A stretch of DNA of 64,000 nucleotides from Sphyrna mokarran (GCA_024679065.1 JAGIQG010000004.1:62868001-62932000), one strand, 5' to 3'. Positions 12,490-25,542 are shown, numbered from the stretch's first letter. Made by a program: numbers and translations. Notes: generated by a model from the sequence alone, not told the origin.

Positions 12490-13898
12490 ATTAGGCAGGT
12501 AATTGGATGTATAAACTGGAAGGAGGTGTTCTTGGGGAAGAGTACAGAAGGAAAGTGGTGGATTTTCAAGGAATGTTTGTCTGGGCCACTGCAACACAAC
12601 GTTGCGAGGAGTCAAGGAGGTTCTGGTAGGACGCGGGAACCGTGGTGCATGAAGGTAGTGGTGAACCTAGTTAGGAAGTAAAAAAAGGTATATAAAAGGT
12701 TCAGAGAGCTAGGGAATGTTAGGGATCAAGAGGAGTATAAGGTGTGTAGAAGGGAACTTAAAAAGAAAATTAGGAAAGCCAGAAGGGGTCATGAGAAGGC
12801 CTTGGCAGGTAAGATTAAGGAGAATCCCATGGCCTTCTACAAATATGTGAAAAGTAAAAGGATGAGAAGAGAGGGGATAGGGCCTATAAAAGGTGAAGGG
12901 GGAAAAGTCTGTGTGAATCCGGAAGAAATAGCAGAGGTGCTTAATGATTGCTTTGCCTCAGTATTCACAGCGGAAAGTGAACTGAGAGATTGCACTGCAG
13001 GTTTGAGGCATACGGAAAAGATTGAGTATGTGGATGTTAGGAAAGAGGATGTGTTAGACCTGTTAAATTCTATCAAGGTAGACAAGTCGCCGGGACCGGA
13101 TGGGATGTACCCCAGGTTATTATGGGAGGTGAGGGAAGTGGTTGCAGAGCCCCTGGCGATGATATTTGCATCATCCATGGAAACAGGAGAGGTTCCGGAG
13201 GATTAGAGAATTGTGGATGAGGTTGCTATCTTTAAGAAAGGGAACAGGGATAGTTCAGGAAATTACCGACCGGTGAGTTTGACTTCAGTGGTTGGTAAGC
13301 TGATGGAGAGGCTTCTGAGTGATAAGATATACGAACATTTGGAGAAGTTTGGACTGATTAGAAATAGTCAGCATGGTTTTGTCAAGGGCAGGTCATGCCT
13401 CACGAGCTTAGTTGAGTTCTTCGAAAATGTGACTGAACACATTGACGAAGGAAGGGCGGTGGACGTAGTGTACATGGACTTTAGCAAGGCTTTTGATAAG
13501 GTCCCCCATGCAAGACTTCTGAAGAAGGTGAGAGAGCATGGGATCCAAGGGGCTTTGGCCTCGTGGATCCAGAACTGGCTTCACGGCAGAAGGCTGAGAG
13601 TGGTTGTGGATGGATCTTGTTCTGCATGGAGGTCGGTAACTAGTGGAGTGCCCCAGGGATCTGTTCTGGGACCCCTGCTGTTTGTCATTTTCATAAATGA
13701 CCTGGATGAGAAAGTGGAGGGATGGATTAGTAAGTTCACCGACGATACAAAGGTCGGTGGTGTTGTGGATGGTCTGGAGGGATGCCAAAAGTTTCAGCGG
13801 GACATAGACAGGATGCAAGACTGGGTGGAGAAGTGGCAGATGGACTTCAACACGGATAAATGTGTAGTGGTCCATTTTGGCAGGAATAATGAGATGAA

Positions 13899-14189
13899 CA
13901 TAGAACATATACATAGAACATAGAACAATACAGCACAGAACAGGCCCTTCGGCCTTCGATGTTGTGCCGACCAAAATAAAAAGCAATGCCCCTCCTAACT
14001 AAACCATTCCCTTCTCATCCATATACTTATCAACTAACCTCTTAAACGCCACCAAACTTGGCGCATCTACAACAGCTGCAGGCAGGGCATTCCACTCCCT
14101 AATCACTCTTTGAGTAAAGAACCTACCTCTGATATCCGTCCTATAACTCATACTCCTTAATTTAAAGTTGTGTCCCCTCGTGCTAGCTT
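13899..14189 (-). mobile_element. CR1-D 3' fragment nested antisense in CR1-A
   Basis: Matches the 3' end of 43924-46070; a few target bases lost relative to copy 722-3666. Confidence 0.92.
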
Positions 14190-15959
14190 TACAATATAAG
14201 GGGTAGGAGTCTTAGCTGTGTTGTAGAGCAGAAGGATCTCGGGGTCCGAGTCCATAGGACTCTTAAATCGGCCTCGCAGGAGGAGGAAGTGGTCAAGAAG
14301 GAGTACGGTGTACTAACCTTCATTAACTGAGGAATAGAGTTTAGGAGTCAGGAGGTAATGATGCAGCTCTATAAGACTCTTGTCAGACCCCAGTTGGAGT
14401 ATTGTGCGCAGTTCTGGTCGCCTCATTATAGGAAGGATGTAGAGGCTATTGAGAGAGTGCAGAGGAGATTTACAAGGATGCTGCCTGGATTGGGAGGCAG
14501 GCCTTATGAAGATAGGTTGAGGGAGCTGGGACTCTTCTCACTGGAGAGACGTAGGTTGAGAGGCGACCTGATAGAGGTTTATAAAATGTTGAGAGGAATA
14601 GATAGGGTGGACTCTCAGAGACTATTTCCCCGAGCTGAAATGGTCACTACGAGAGGACACAGATTTAAGGTGCAGGGAAGCAAATACAAAGGAGATGTCA
14701 GGGGTAGGTTTTTCACTCAGAGGGTGGTGAGTGAATGGAACCGACTGCCGTCGGAGGTTGTTGAGGCAAACTCACTGGGGTCTTTTAAGAGACTTCTGGA
14801 TGAGTATATGGAAAAGAATAGGATAGGGGGTTATAGATAGGTTTGTGGATTGGTAGATGTGATCGGCGCAACTCGTGGGCCAAAGGGCCTGTTTGTGCTG
14901 TATTGTTCTATGTTCTATATAAGACTTACGATGTTCAGGAAACACAGATATATCTTGGAACCAGGAGCAATTATAAATATGTGTGTATGATAATTAATAT
15001 ATGGAATTTTTTTACGCTGCTCAGTTCTAGTCGTGTATATGTTTTCTTTCGTTTAGTGATTATTATCTGGTGATTGCCACACGATGACTCAGTTGGTTAT
15101 TCTCAACGGGCTTTCATATGGCTCCTCACACCCTTCTAAAAATCAAACCATGAATCACCACAGACACATGATTCAAATTTGTATAAACTTGTGGCTACCT
15201 TTACGCAGCACCAATATCTGAAAGCATTGTAATACCTCAGGGACAAGCAAGATGTACACAATTGTAAACCCAGCAAACGACTAATGGGAATTCTCACTAA
15301 ACATGTATTGATTATATCAATAGATCTCACGCCATTTTTACACAGAGATCTAATTTTCCATCCATCCGGCCTGCCACTCAATAGGATAGGCCAATCATGC
15401 TCCAAGAGAACCCCGCCCCCCACCACACCCCCCACAAAAAGCCTGTTAGACCAATGTGAAAACAACAATCTGTGAGCTGCTATATATAATATGCCTCGTT
15501 TTCATATCTTCCTGCGTCGATGTACGGGCTGTTCAAGACAAATAATGTTTGCTGATACCTTGTCTTACGCATGACAGGCTCTACACAACATGAATTGATC
15601 AAATGGTTGGGTGAGTTCTTCAACCAGTTTTGAGCAGGCTTTTTTTTCATTTGATGTTGCTGGGCCATTCATTAAAGTGCCGCTCAGAGAACTCATACGC
15701 ACTTGCACTGCAGTGATAAGATCATACGAAATTTGACCCATGTACCTGTCGAGTCTGCTGCACCATTCAATGAAAAGGTGATTAATCGGATACGATAATC
15801 CTTAAATTAATTTTCCCACTTTAGCCCAATAATCCTTTATTCCCTTACCAATTGGAAATATGCCCACCTAGCCTTGAGCATGCTTAACCCGTCGACCTCT
15901 GCAGTCCTCTGCAGTAAAGAATTCCGTGGAATTCTCTTCATCCCCTTGTAAAATGGTTA

Positions 15960-16232
15960 CCCTGATTAGCACTGCTACCTCACAGCACAGGGACATGAGT
16001 GTATTTCCTAGCTTGGGTCTGCACTTTCTCCCCGTGCCTAAGCAGGTTTCCGTTGCATGCTCCAGTTTCCTCCCACAGTCCAAAGATATGCTGATTCGGT
16101 TCCAGTGCCCATGCAAAATTCTACTTCCATGTACACGAGTGGGTGGCAGAGTGTGGCGAGTAGGGGGAGTATCATCATCTCTTCATTGCAGTATTAATAT
16201 AAGCCTACTTGTCATACTAATAAATAAACTAA
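15960..16232 (+). mobile_element. Degenerate tRNA-derived V-SINE with a different tail
   Basis: TTAGCACTGCT..CACAGC head, TTCTCCCCGTG..TTTCCTCCCACAGTCCAAAGAT core, CTTCATTGCAGT..AATAAATAAACT tail. Confidence 0.7.
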
Positions 16233-16378
16233 AGAAAAAGACTGACAATGAAATTTTGCCTATCGGCCTTAGACTCTTCCACAAAGAAAAACAACCTGTC
16301 AGTGTTTACTCTTCAGTCCCACTGATGACCCAATGTGGCACAATGAGGACAAAGAACAAAAAAACAAAGAAAACCATA

Positions 16379-17119
16379 ACGAGGGGTCACGGGCTTAGGG
16401 TTAGGGGGGTAAGGTATAGTTTGGATGCTAGAGGGAGTGTTTTTTGCACAGAGGGTGGTGGGGGTATGGAATGCGCTGCCAAGTAAAGTGGTGGAGGCAG
16501 GTACTCTGGAGTTATTTAAGAAATACTTAAATGGGCACATGGACAGAATGGGAATGGAGGGGTATAGAAAACTGATTTAAAATAGGGATCATGAGCCTTC
16601 GGAGTCCCTGGGAAGTGTGTAAATAGATGATGATATTGATGTACTTGTTTTTATCCTACAGGTGCTTTGGTCCACCTTGTTGTCTAACGAGGGGCATACA
16701 CGCGATGGGTCGTGAGAGGGCTGCTCTTGGATTTTTTTCGAGAGTATCCTAGTGCTTCACGTCGTTAGTGTACGCTTGACCTGGACCATTTGATGGGCAA
16801 CACGACAGCTCAGTGACTATCGCTGTGCTGTGCAGATACATGGATTTGGGCCTGTGTCTGTGGGAGTTTGCGCATTCTCCCCGTGCTTGCGTGAGTTTTC
16901 TCCGGGCGCTCCGGTTTCCTCCCACATCCCAAAGATATGCTCTTAGGCTAATTGGCAAAACAAAATCCCCCTAAATTGTCTCAAATTTGTTTTTTAATCC
17001 ATAGGTCTATAAACATGGACAGGGATCACAGGTAGAGGTGGAAACAGCGGGGTGGCGGCACGGGATCGTTGGGCCGAAGGGCCTGTTCCCCGTCCTGTTT
17101 TGTTCTCTATTCTTTGTTC
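16379..17119 (+). mobile_element. CR1-C: ORF2 C-terminus, ~214 nt spacer, embedded SINE-derived 3' end
   Basis: RGHGLRVRG..GYRKLI* (TAA 16578-16580); SINE head begins at 16795. Confidence 0.93.
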
Positions 17120-17790
17120 CTCCATGCTTGCTCCAATCATGCTGCCCGTCTGAACTAAAACGTTCTACACTTCTGGGGCCACATCCCTCCATTCCCACCC
17201 GATTCATGCATTTGTACAGGCGCCCGTTAAACGTCAATATGGTATCTGCTTCCACTACCTCCCCCAGCAGCGAGTTCTCGACATCTGCCACCCTGGTAAA
17301 CAAACGTGCCTAGTATATCTTTTAAAAATATCTTTCGCACCTTAAACCAAAGCATCCTCAAAAACGACTCTTCCACCATGGGAAAAAAAAACTTCTCACT
17401 ATTTACTCTGTGTATGCCACTCATAATTTTTTAACAGATCACCCTTCAACCCCCGTCGTTCCAGAGAGAACAAATCAAATTCCTCCACATACTTGTGATA
17501 TCCTTCAGGACGCCTCTCATTTTTCTAAACATATCGAACGTACTCGTGTTCTTCTCTTAAGAAAATCCCTTCTCATCTGGGGCCACCTGAAATCTTGCTT
17601 GACTGCGTCTAACGCAATATATTTTTCGTTATATCAGGGGCCACAACTATTCACAACGTTGTAGTTTGATCTAATTATTGACCAATAGAATTCTGGCAAG
17701 ACCTTCCTGTTATTATACTTAATTCATTTTGAAATAAAAGCCAACATGACCTTTGAATTCTCTGTGAGCTGTTTTTTTTTTGCAATCCAT
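17120..17790 (-). mobile_element. Old CR1 3' fragment
   Basis: EVVEADTILTFNGRLYKCMN relic of the ORF2 C-terminus. Confidence 0.7.
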
Positions 17791-17918
17791 ACATGAGACA
17801 TTCAAATCCAACCCCCCACCCCTCACTTCTAGGTGTTGGGTTAGACGAGAAACTAGTCTTCAACGGAATCACGCTCAACCAGCGAAACCTTGTACAGTTC
17901 TAATATGCTGATGAATTC

Positions 17919-18177
17919 GGGAAGCATAGTGAAACAATGATTAGCACTGCTGCCCCACAGCACCAGGGATCCAGGTTCGATTCCCGGCTTGGGAGTTTCC
18001 TCCAGGTGCTCCTACACTCCAAAGATGCGTGGGTTAGGAGGATTGGCCATGGTAAATTGTTCCTTAGTATCAGTTGAACTAGCAAGGATAGCTGCATGGA
18101 GACAGAGCCAGGGTAGGATTGCTGTCAGTGCAGAATTGATGGGCCAAAATGCCTCCTTCTACACTGTCGGATGCTAG
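17919..18177 (+). mobile_element. HE1-like tRNA-derived SINE with internal deletion
   Basis: B box GGTTCGATTCCC, partial V core, GATGGGCCAAAATGCCTCCTTCT tail. Confidence 0.8.
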
Positions 18178-18534
18178 ACATGAATGAACAGCTAGAGAAA
18201 ATAATTTGCTCTACACATTGATATGCCCCATCTTTCGCTTCCTTTCACCTTTGAAATTCAGCTTTCAATAGGCTTCCTTTCTTTGACATGCGATTTCAGT
18301 ATTTGGCTGGTGTTGCTTACTACCCTCCAGTTCAAACATGCGATTTCTGATCAATGCATTCGGATTCCTACAATTCCATGTGCTGAAGATTTGCTTCATC
18401 AGAAATGGTCAGAAATATGGCTAAATTTGTTCGTTTGCTATGCTAGCTTAATGGCAAAATAGACCAATCAGAAGTAATCGATGGGGTAATGACTATGTTG
18501 ATTACAGCATTGCATGTCATTACTCCCTGGAGAT

Positions 18535-18655
18535 ATGAAAACATATGACTACGGATGCTGGAATCTGAAAGAAAAACATAAAATTCTAGAAAATCTCATG
18601 CAGTTTTGACAGCATCTGTGGAGAGAGAGCAAAGCTAAAATTTCACATCTGGGTG
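18535..18655. repeat. Penelope-associated repeat fragment
   Basis: GGATGCTGGAATCTGAAA..CAGCATCTGTGGAGAGA; related piece at ~49485-49560. Confidence 0.5.
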
Positions 18656-19779
18656 GCTATCCGAACAGCCCTACACTGTTCCGTAGACTCATGGACGAGC
18701 CAAAGGCTGCCACTTAATGCCCTGCAAATTGGCCTGAAAGGGACGGTAGCTCGGAGATTTCAGCAACAACAGAAATTAGCTGTTTCGCTCTGCTATTATG
18801 CAATAGGAATAGGAGTAGCATTTGCCAAGACCAGCGAACTGCCATGAAACCAGAATATAACTCCGCAGATCATACATGGACTCTGTATTTTGCGCCACAG
18901 GATCACCATAAGCTAACGTCTGTAATGTCGTCATCTATGGATGAAATCTGCATGAGTTCTAATGATTAATTTCACTTGATTTCAACTCATAATCCAGATA
19001 TGTTGCACTTCATTTGTTATATGAAATTAGAATTTTAAATTTTAATTCTTCCTCTCGCCGTGTTGATTTGGCATTTATTAAATTTCACTGTATTAACCGT
19101 TCACATATTACCAATGTGCATCAGCTTTTGTTTTAACATGCCAACGTTTGTGAGGTCATCGTGTTGTTGAACATGACCGGTCTCAGTATAACAAATCTCT
19201 CCGAAAAATGTCGCTTTGGATCACATGTCTTCCTTTAAAGTGTATTAAACTTCCCTTCTCCACCTGCTTCATCTAAACAATGTAAGTAATCCACATGTTC
19301 CTCGAGTGTTCTGTAGTCCCATTCATATGATCCAAAATGAATCAAAATTAATTCTGAGTTTCATTTTTTCTAACAGCAGTAGCGTTCACTATGTTGTCCA
19401 ATCACGCCTTCAGGCTCCCTGCAACTATCCGTGGTACATCTTGATAAGTCCCAGTTCCAAACACTTTCTTCTTCACACATCTGCGTGTACAAAACAGTTG
19501 GCATCCTTCTAGCTGCTACATCATTCACTCTCAATAACCAGTTCTTTTCTTTGCCAGTTATCTTGTTATTTGGTCCTAAATTATCTTAGCAACCGCTAAA
19601 TGTTGATGATCATGACAATATCTACACGTGAATCTGTTTTTCTTTTTTGTTGTTGCCTTCGCTTCATTTTCAGATCTATAGAAGCTCCGGTTTAAGTCGC
19701 GAATCTTACTATGAGATTTCCTTCGTGCCCTAACGGAAGATCATTCTATCGATATAATTATTTTCTTAAGTATTCTCTT

Positions 19780-20255
19780 CCTGTCGAGGAACACTTCAGC
19801 ATTCAAAAGCATTCAGCCTCTGGTCTTCGAGTAAGCGTTCTCCATGGCAGCCTTCAGTTAACAGGACAACGCAGAATCGCTGAACAGGGACTGTTTGCCA
19901 CGTTCCGACAGATGAGGACAGCCTCAGCCAGGGTCTTCGGTTCATGTCATCCAATCTGTAACTCCCACGACTTACCTGGGCTTGTAAAATCTCATTAACT
20001 GTCCTAGCTGGAGACAATACGCATCTCTTTCATCTGTGCTTACCCTCTCTCCACTCACATTGTCTATACCTTTAAGATTTAATTATCTGTAACGACTCGC
20101 ATTACAAACGTCTTGTAAATTGAGTTTGTGTCCATATATGCCCTGTTTGTGAACACAACTCCTTACTCACCTGAAAAAGGAGTGACACTCCGAAAGCTTG
20201 TGCTACCACATAAACCTGTTGGACATTAACCTGGTATTGTGAGATTTCTTACGAA
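19780..20255 (+). mobile_element. Penelope-like element 3' end (GIY-YIG C-terminus + pLTR)
   Basis: LPVEEHFS..HSASGLRVSVLHG..QRRIAEQGL; pLTR ending AAACCTGTTGGAC..CCTGGT. Confidence 0.85.
20168..20202 (+). ncRNA. Minimal hammerhead ribozyme relic in Penelope pLTR (core mutated)
   Basis: CAC-CTGAAAA-A-GGAGTgacACTCC-GAAA-GC-TT-GTG; CUGAUGA core reads CUGAAAA. Confidence 0.65.
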
Positions 20256-20429
20256 GGTCATGTTCTCGGGGTTAATAGCAATTAATTGAAAAAAAAATGG
20301 ATGGGACTAGAAGGAACTGAGGTAACCTATACCGCAAATGCACATATGCCTTTTGAAAGAATGATCAGAAATATAGCTGGAAACTCGGGCAAAATGATAG
20401 GAATCAGAGTAATGATGACTCACATCATT

Positions 20430-20735
20430 ATCATAGAATCATAGAATCCCTACAATACTGAACGAGGTTATTCAACACTACCCGCACTGACAACATTCCC
20501 ACAGAGGGCCTATCCACGTATCCCCACGTATTTAACCTACTAATCAGCCTGACACTAAAAAGGAATTTTCAATGATCAGCTTGCCAGTGTACCTTTTGAG
20601 GAGTGAACAGAAACAGGACACCCGGAGAAAACCTAACTTAGTAAGTAGAGAACGTGCAACTTCGATATAGCCACCCCAAGCGAAATTGCACCAGGTTGTT
20701 GAGGCAGCAGTGTTAGCAAATACAGTACCTTGCCG
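20430..20735 (-). mobile_element. Old HE1-like SINE
   Basis: CATAGAAT tail, CACCCGGAGAAAACC core, GAGGCAGCAGTG head relic. Confidence 0.7.
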
Positions 20736-23061
20736 GCTACACCAAAGACCTATCTCATCAAAAACGTAGTTGGCCAGAGTGAGAAGGCCCATAAGGCATT
20801 ACATACAGGGTAATAAAGCGAACAATTTTGCAGTTTATTTACAGGGATTGTACAGACAAATTTCAATATCTATATTGGTCTCTAACGAACTGGCTTCCCA
20901 GCCTTAGCTTTGGTGAGTTTTCCGAACAAGAACTGGGGAATCGTTCTCTGAATTCGAGGCTAGCATTGGCACTGAAATTGCCCAGATCTGCAAACATCCC
21001 CGGATTTAGACCTGCACTGGGAAACATCTGAAAGTTGTGATTATTCTGCTCGTGTTTTCCCAACAGTTATTCCGAAAAACGTTAGGGGAAACAAAAGCAC
21101 ATCTAACTTCAAAGTAACGTCTTTGAATATCCAAAAAGATCCGGTCGTGCAGCAACCGCAACCCCCTCCCCAATCATCCCCAACCCCAACCACCATGCCC
21201 ACCCCTTCCTTCGCCACCACCACACCCTCCATATGGGCTGCAAACACCCATTCCCACTATATCCAGCAGCAAACTCCATACGGAGAACCATTCCTCCTTC
21301 CCCGTATCAGAAGTCCACATCCTCGCCCAACGCACCGAAGTACCTACCACGCAGCATAACCTGTCGCCACACCCCCTCCCCCCATTGTATGACCGTCCCT
21401 CGTTCCATATCCCACCCCATGTCCTTTCCTCCATCTCCCAAATGCAAGTCTCCATACCTTCCGTGGCATCTGACCCATCACATCCTCGATGTCTGACTCC
21501 AGCACCCACCGAGTGTTCGAACTCTACATTTCCGAACCAGCACCCCTGATCTCCGACCATCCAATTACGTATCAATTAAATTCCAATCTGCCGATGTGTT
21601 GCTCTAAGCATTACACTGCCCAACCCCCGCCCCCCACTTCTCCAAGTCCGTCATCACATTCTCGTATCCGAACCCACCCCCAGTTGCATGTGCGATACCC
21701 CGCAGTGGGCCGCCCTCATGTCCAAGCCCAGAGCATCCAAATTCCATCCAATTCCCTTCGATCCTTAACTTCCTGCAGGCCTGTTATTCGCAATGAGACA
21801 TCTAAATTTGCCTCCTTGATGGCGCTAAAACGAGGGAGTTACTTCCTACGCTCCAATTGTTTTTGGACCATGTCGCTTGACCGCAGGACGCTCTGCGCTG
21901 CTTGGATCTCGTCCGGCCGGTGTCAGGAACGTCGGGCAAGTCTGGCATAAAACAGAATTTGACTAGTTAAGTAAACACTGATTGGCATTCCAACGCTGGT
22001 TATTATTCCAGGGAAGTTATGGTTTATTGAACTCCCTTTTCTATTCGGCACAACGCTTTCTTTTATAATATGCTATATCTGAAAACACTATTAGAATAAT
22101 ACTTAATTCCAATTAAAGTTATGTAACACTGAAAGGCTTACCATAATAACATGCAATTAACCTGCATCCTCTTTCCGTCTCTAGGAATTGCATGTAGGCC
22201 AGGAGTGCCTGTATTTTACGTCCCCTTAAAAAAATTCATATTCTTTACTCTTACTAACCCCTAGTTAACATTTGTTGTGGTAGATTACAGACAGGCACAC
22301 GTGTACTGCAAATCTCTATAATTATCTCATTCCCAAGAATTGATCGTGTTTTTTTTTTCTACAGACGTTTTTACTCATTCATGCATTTTGTTCAGTGCAA
22401 GGAATCTCAAACATTTTTTTTCTTTTCTCGACTTCTTACCAAATATTCTATTCCTCCTCTTTTCCCCAACTTTTGGTTGTTTTTTGTTGGATTTTACAAA
22501 TCTTCTAGAGCTTTGTAAAATCTTATTATTCATTTATTATATATTAAAATACTTCTACTCCTTAGAAAGCCACAAATGGATCTTCCTTGCGTAGGTTCTG
22601 TTATTAACATTTGAAAATATTGAATAATTTATTTAAATGGCCACTTCCTTTCTTTTGCTAATCACCATACCCACATATTGCCCGCACTTCTTGTATTTGG
22701 CTCTGTCTAGGTTATATCTTTTTGTACTACGGTATGATGCGCTGCTTTCAAATTTAATATGGTCTTCCACCCTATGATTTTATTTTTTCCAGCGAACTTT
22801 TCTGCTATCATATTACTAGTTAACCAAGCGTCTATGCGCAATGTTTAACTTAAAATAGCTTTGCCGCAAATTCGTGCCTAGATTGTTTTAGGATACAGAT
22901 ACAAAATCAAATTCGTCTTCCAGGAGCTCTTATAATTTTCAATGAACCAATTTGAATAAAGATAGAAATATATGCGATTGTATACCTGCCTCGATGCTCT
23001 TTCCAATAATATGCATATATTTATAGGAAATTTTAAGAATATCTTGCCTAATGATGTGCCT

Positions 23062-23390
23062 ACCATTTGATGGGCAACACGACAGCTCAGTGACTATCGC
23101 TGTGCAGTGCAGATACATGGATTTGGGCCTGTGTCTGTGGGAGTTTGCGCATTCTCCCCGTGCTTGCGTGGGTTTTCTCCGGGTGCTCCGGTTTCCTCCC
23201 ACATCCCAAAGATGTGCTCTTAGGCTAATTGGCAAAACAAATTCTCCCTAAATTGTCTCAAATTTGGTTTTTAATCCATAGATCTATAAACATGGACAGT
23301 GATCGCGGGTAGAGGTGGGAACATCGGGGTGGCGGCGCGGGCTCGTTGGGCCGAAGGGCTTGTTTCCCGTGCTGTTTTGTTCTTTGTTCT
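23062..23390 (+). mobile_element. CR1-C 3' fragment
   Basis: Starts in the spacer (ACCATTTGAT) just upstream of the SINE head. Confidence 0.92.
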
Positions 23391-24620
23391 ATTAGTATAA
23401 TTATTTCTAGGAGTTTTAACATAACCAGAGTCATGTTTCATAATCCATGATGTTATCAATATCCACCCATAAGGATTCGACTTTCCTCTGATCCGTTTCC
23501 TTTTCTGGACGTCATCCTCTAATATCAGCTCTGAGTTCCATAAAGTTCCTTTTCTTCATGTTTCCAAAACTGGAACTTTTTTTATCCCTAATCTTAGTTA
23601 TCTATCTGGAATTTATAACTCTATTCATTTTCAATTCGCCTGTCTTGTAATTGCTCCGATTTCTGGAAAAAGCCGACGCAAATGTATTCATCGGGGTATA
23701 AACAAAAAGAAATGCTGGGAAAATCTCTGGCCACACATATAGAGCTAGGAACAGAATTAATCTTTCGAGTCCCTATTACATTTCGCCAATGCAAAAGAGA
23801 TTTATTTATGTCTGTTTTTTTTTCCACAGAAGGCAGATTCAATATTGCAACGTTACCTTACAGATATCTCTGTCTTCGTGCCACACTCCGTCTTTATCAA
23901 AATCGCTATAAAACCCTACTGACCATTTTTTTCTCCTTGTGTCCAGTACCCGAACAGGCTTGTATGATTCATCAGTACACAAGACGTCAACCCGTTTTAA
24001 ACGCAGCTCATTGCAACAGACTAACCCCATCCTTGTCCAGCTTTCGTCAAAATTTTCATGAATCGAGGGTCATTCATACCTCCAAATGTCTTTCACGCAG
24101 GCATTTTTTTATCTCTTTAACCCGTTGTTAGGTGTCGGTGGACTGAGGTATCAACGTCAAGAAAATGTCTCAGATAAAGAAGCTAATTGGATTCAGTTGG
24201 CTTAGTTCCTTTAATTTCAAAGACTGTTAAATATTGCAACTTAACGGCATTTCGTAATAATCAGAATAATTAATGAATAATGCAGATTTTGAAGGAAAGA
24301 ATTCTGTAATTCGTATCTCTCATCGATTAAAGATAATTATAAAATTAGGATGCTTAACTTCGTTCTTTTGATCCAAAATCTAGCATTTCTATACAACCTG
24401 CTGAAAGAGACGTTCCAGATCATCATCCCAATAGTAAAAATCTGCGAGTTTTGATTCCTGGTCCCTAAGTATGACTTAAAAAGTAATATGTTTAATTAAT
24501 ATTAATAGGTTGCAGGATGTCAACATTGCTTGTTAGACCAACATGCATTGTCCATTAATTAGAATGGAAAATGTGTTTTTTAGCCGCATTCTGAAAGTGT
24601 CCGTTGTGTCGGTACACCAC

Positions 24621-25542
24621 GGGCCCGATTTTAAAAAGGCCAACCTGGTAAAGTCGGCAGTGAGGACGTTAACGCGATCCGCTCCTACGTCAGCGCAGTT
24701 GCCCACTTTATCAAGGCTCGAAAATGCCCACAATACGAACCGCACCCGAAAGGGGTGCAGCAGCGATTTAAATGCATTTGCATATATTTCCCCCTTTACC
24801 AAGGGGGAGGGGAGGAAGGAGGAGGCGCGTCAGATGAATCCCTGATGAGAGGGGGAGAAGGAAGGCCCGATGTTGTCTGGTGGGGAAGGGAAGAGAGTGG
24901 CCCGATCATTCTTTGGCGGTGGAGGACGGGTGGTCGTGGGGGAGGGAAACTGTCATTCAATGGCGGGATGCCGTGGAGGGCGAAGGCGGGGGGTGGGGGG
25001 GAGCAGATAGTTGCGGGAGGAAGCCAGATAGTTTTCTGGCGGGGCGGGAGTATGAGGATGGCCAGATGGATTTCTGGTGGGGGATGGGTGAAGTGAGGGG
25101 CGGGGGAACCGCTGCCACTCTTGGGGCAATGGAATTGGGAAGAGGCGAGGTGAGAGGGTTCTGATCTGTCTGGATAGCGGGAAGGGGAGGTGGGGGGGGG
25201 GGTGTTAGGTGGATAAAGGGGGTGGTTATGTTGTGGGGGTAGGGCAATGTCTCTGGTTGCCATCGCTCCCACTTTTCCAGGCCGATTTATCCGCTTTTTG
25301 CGGCTCTGGATCCATGTGACAGGGGCGCGTTTTTCAATGTAGTTTCTCATGCCCAGTTCAACGCTCCGATTGGAGCTGCAGAGTTTCAGGCGTGTCAGTC
25401 CCGCCGCAGCGCAAATCAGACCCGCATTTGTTTTTTTTTCAGGCTAAGTGCCTACTGGTTGAGCCCGAGAGCAGTTTTCCAAGTCGAATCTGAATTGTAT
25501 CCAGATTTAGTACTTAGAATCAAAATGGTAAAATCGAGTCCC
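24621..25542. mobile_element. Non-autonomous DNA transposon with short TIRs (Harbinger-like MITE)
   Basis: Left GGGCCCGATTTT, right AAAATCGAGTCCC (imperfect inverted repeat); G-rich low-complexity interior; no clear TSD. Confidence 0.6.

Larger units (their letters stand above)
10650..14918 (+). mobile_element. CR1 LINE family A with partial ORF1 and full ORF2 span, interrupted by three nested insertions
   Basis: ORF1 esterase motifs, APE and RT motifs, IGGYR* at 14840, TTCTATG tail; near-identical to 722-3666. Confidence 0.97.

Noticed and set aside
21100-21950. Pro/Thr-rich ORFs resembling mucin, and a possible Myb/SANT relic
   Set aside because: C-rich low-complexity DNA with stops; cannot support a gene or assign an element family
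23682-24131. 149-aa ORF with an internal acceptor-like site
   Set aside because: No recognisable domain or partner exons
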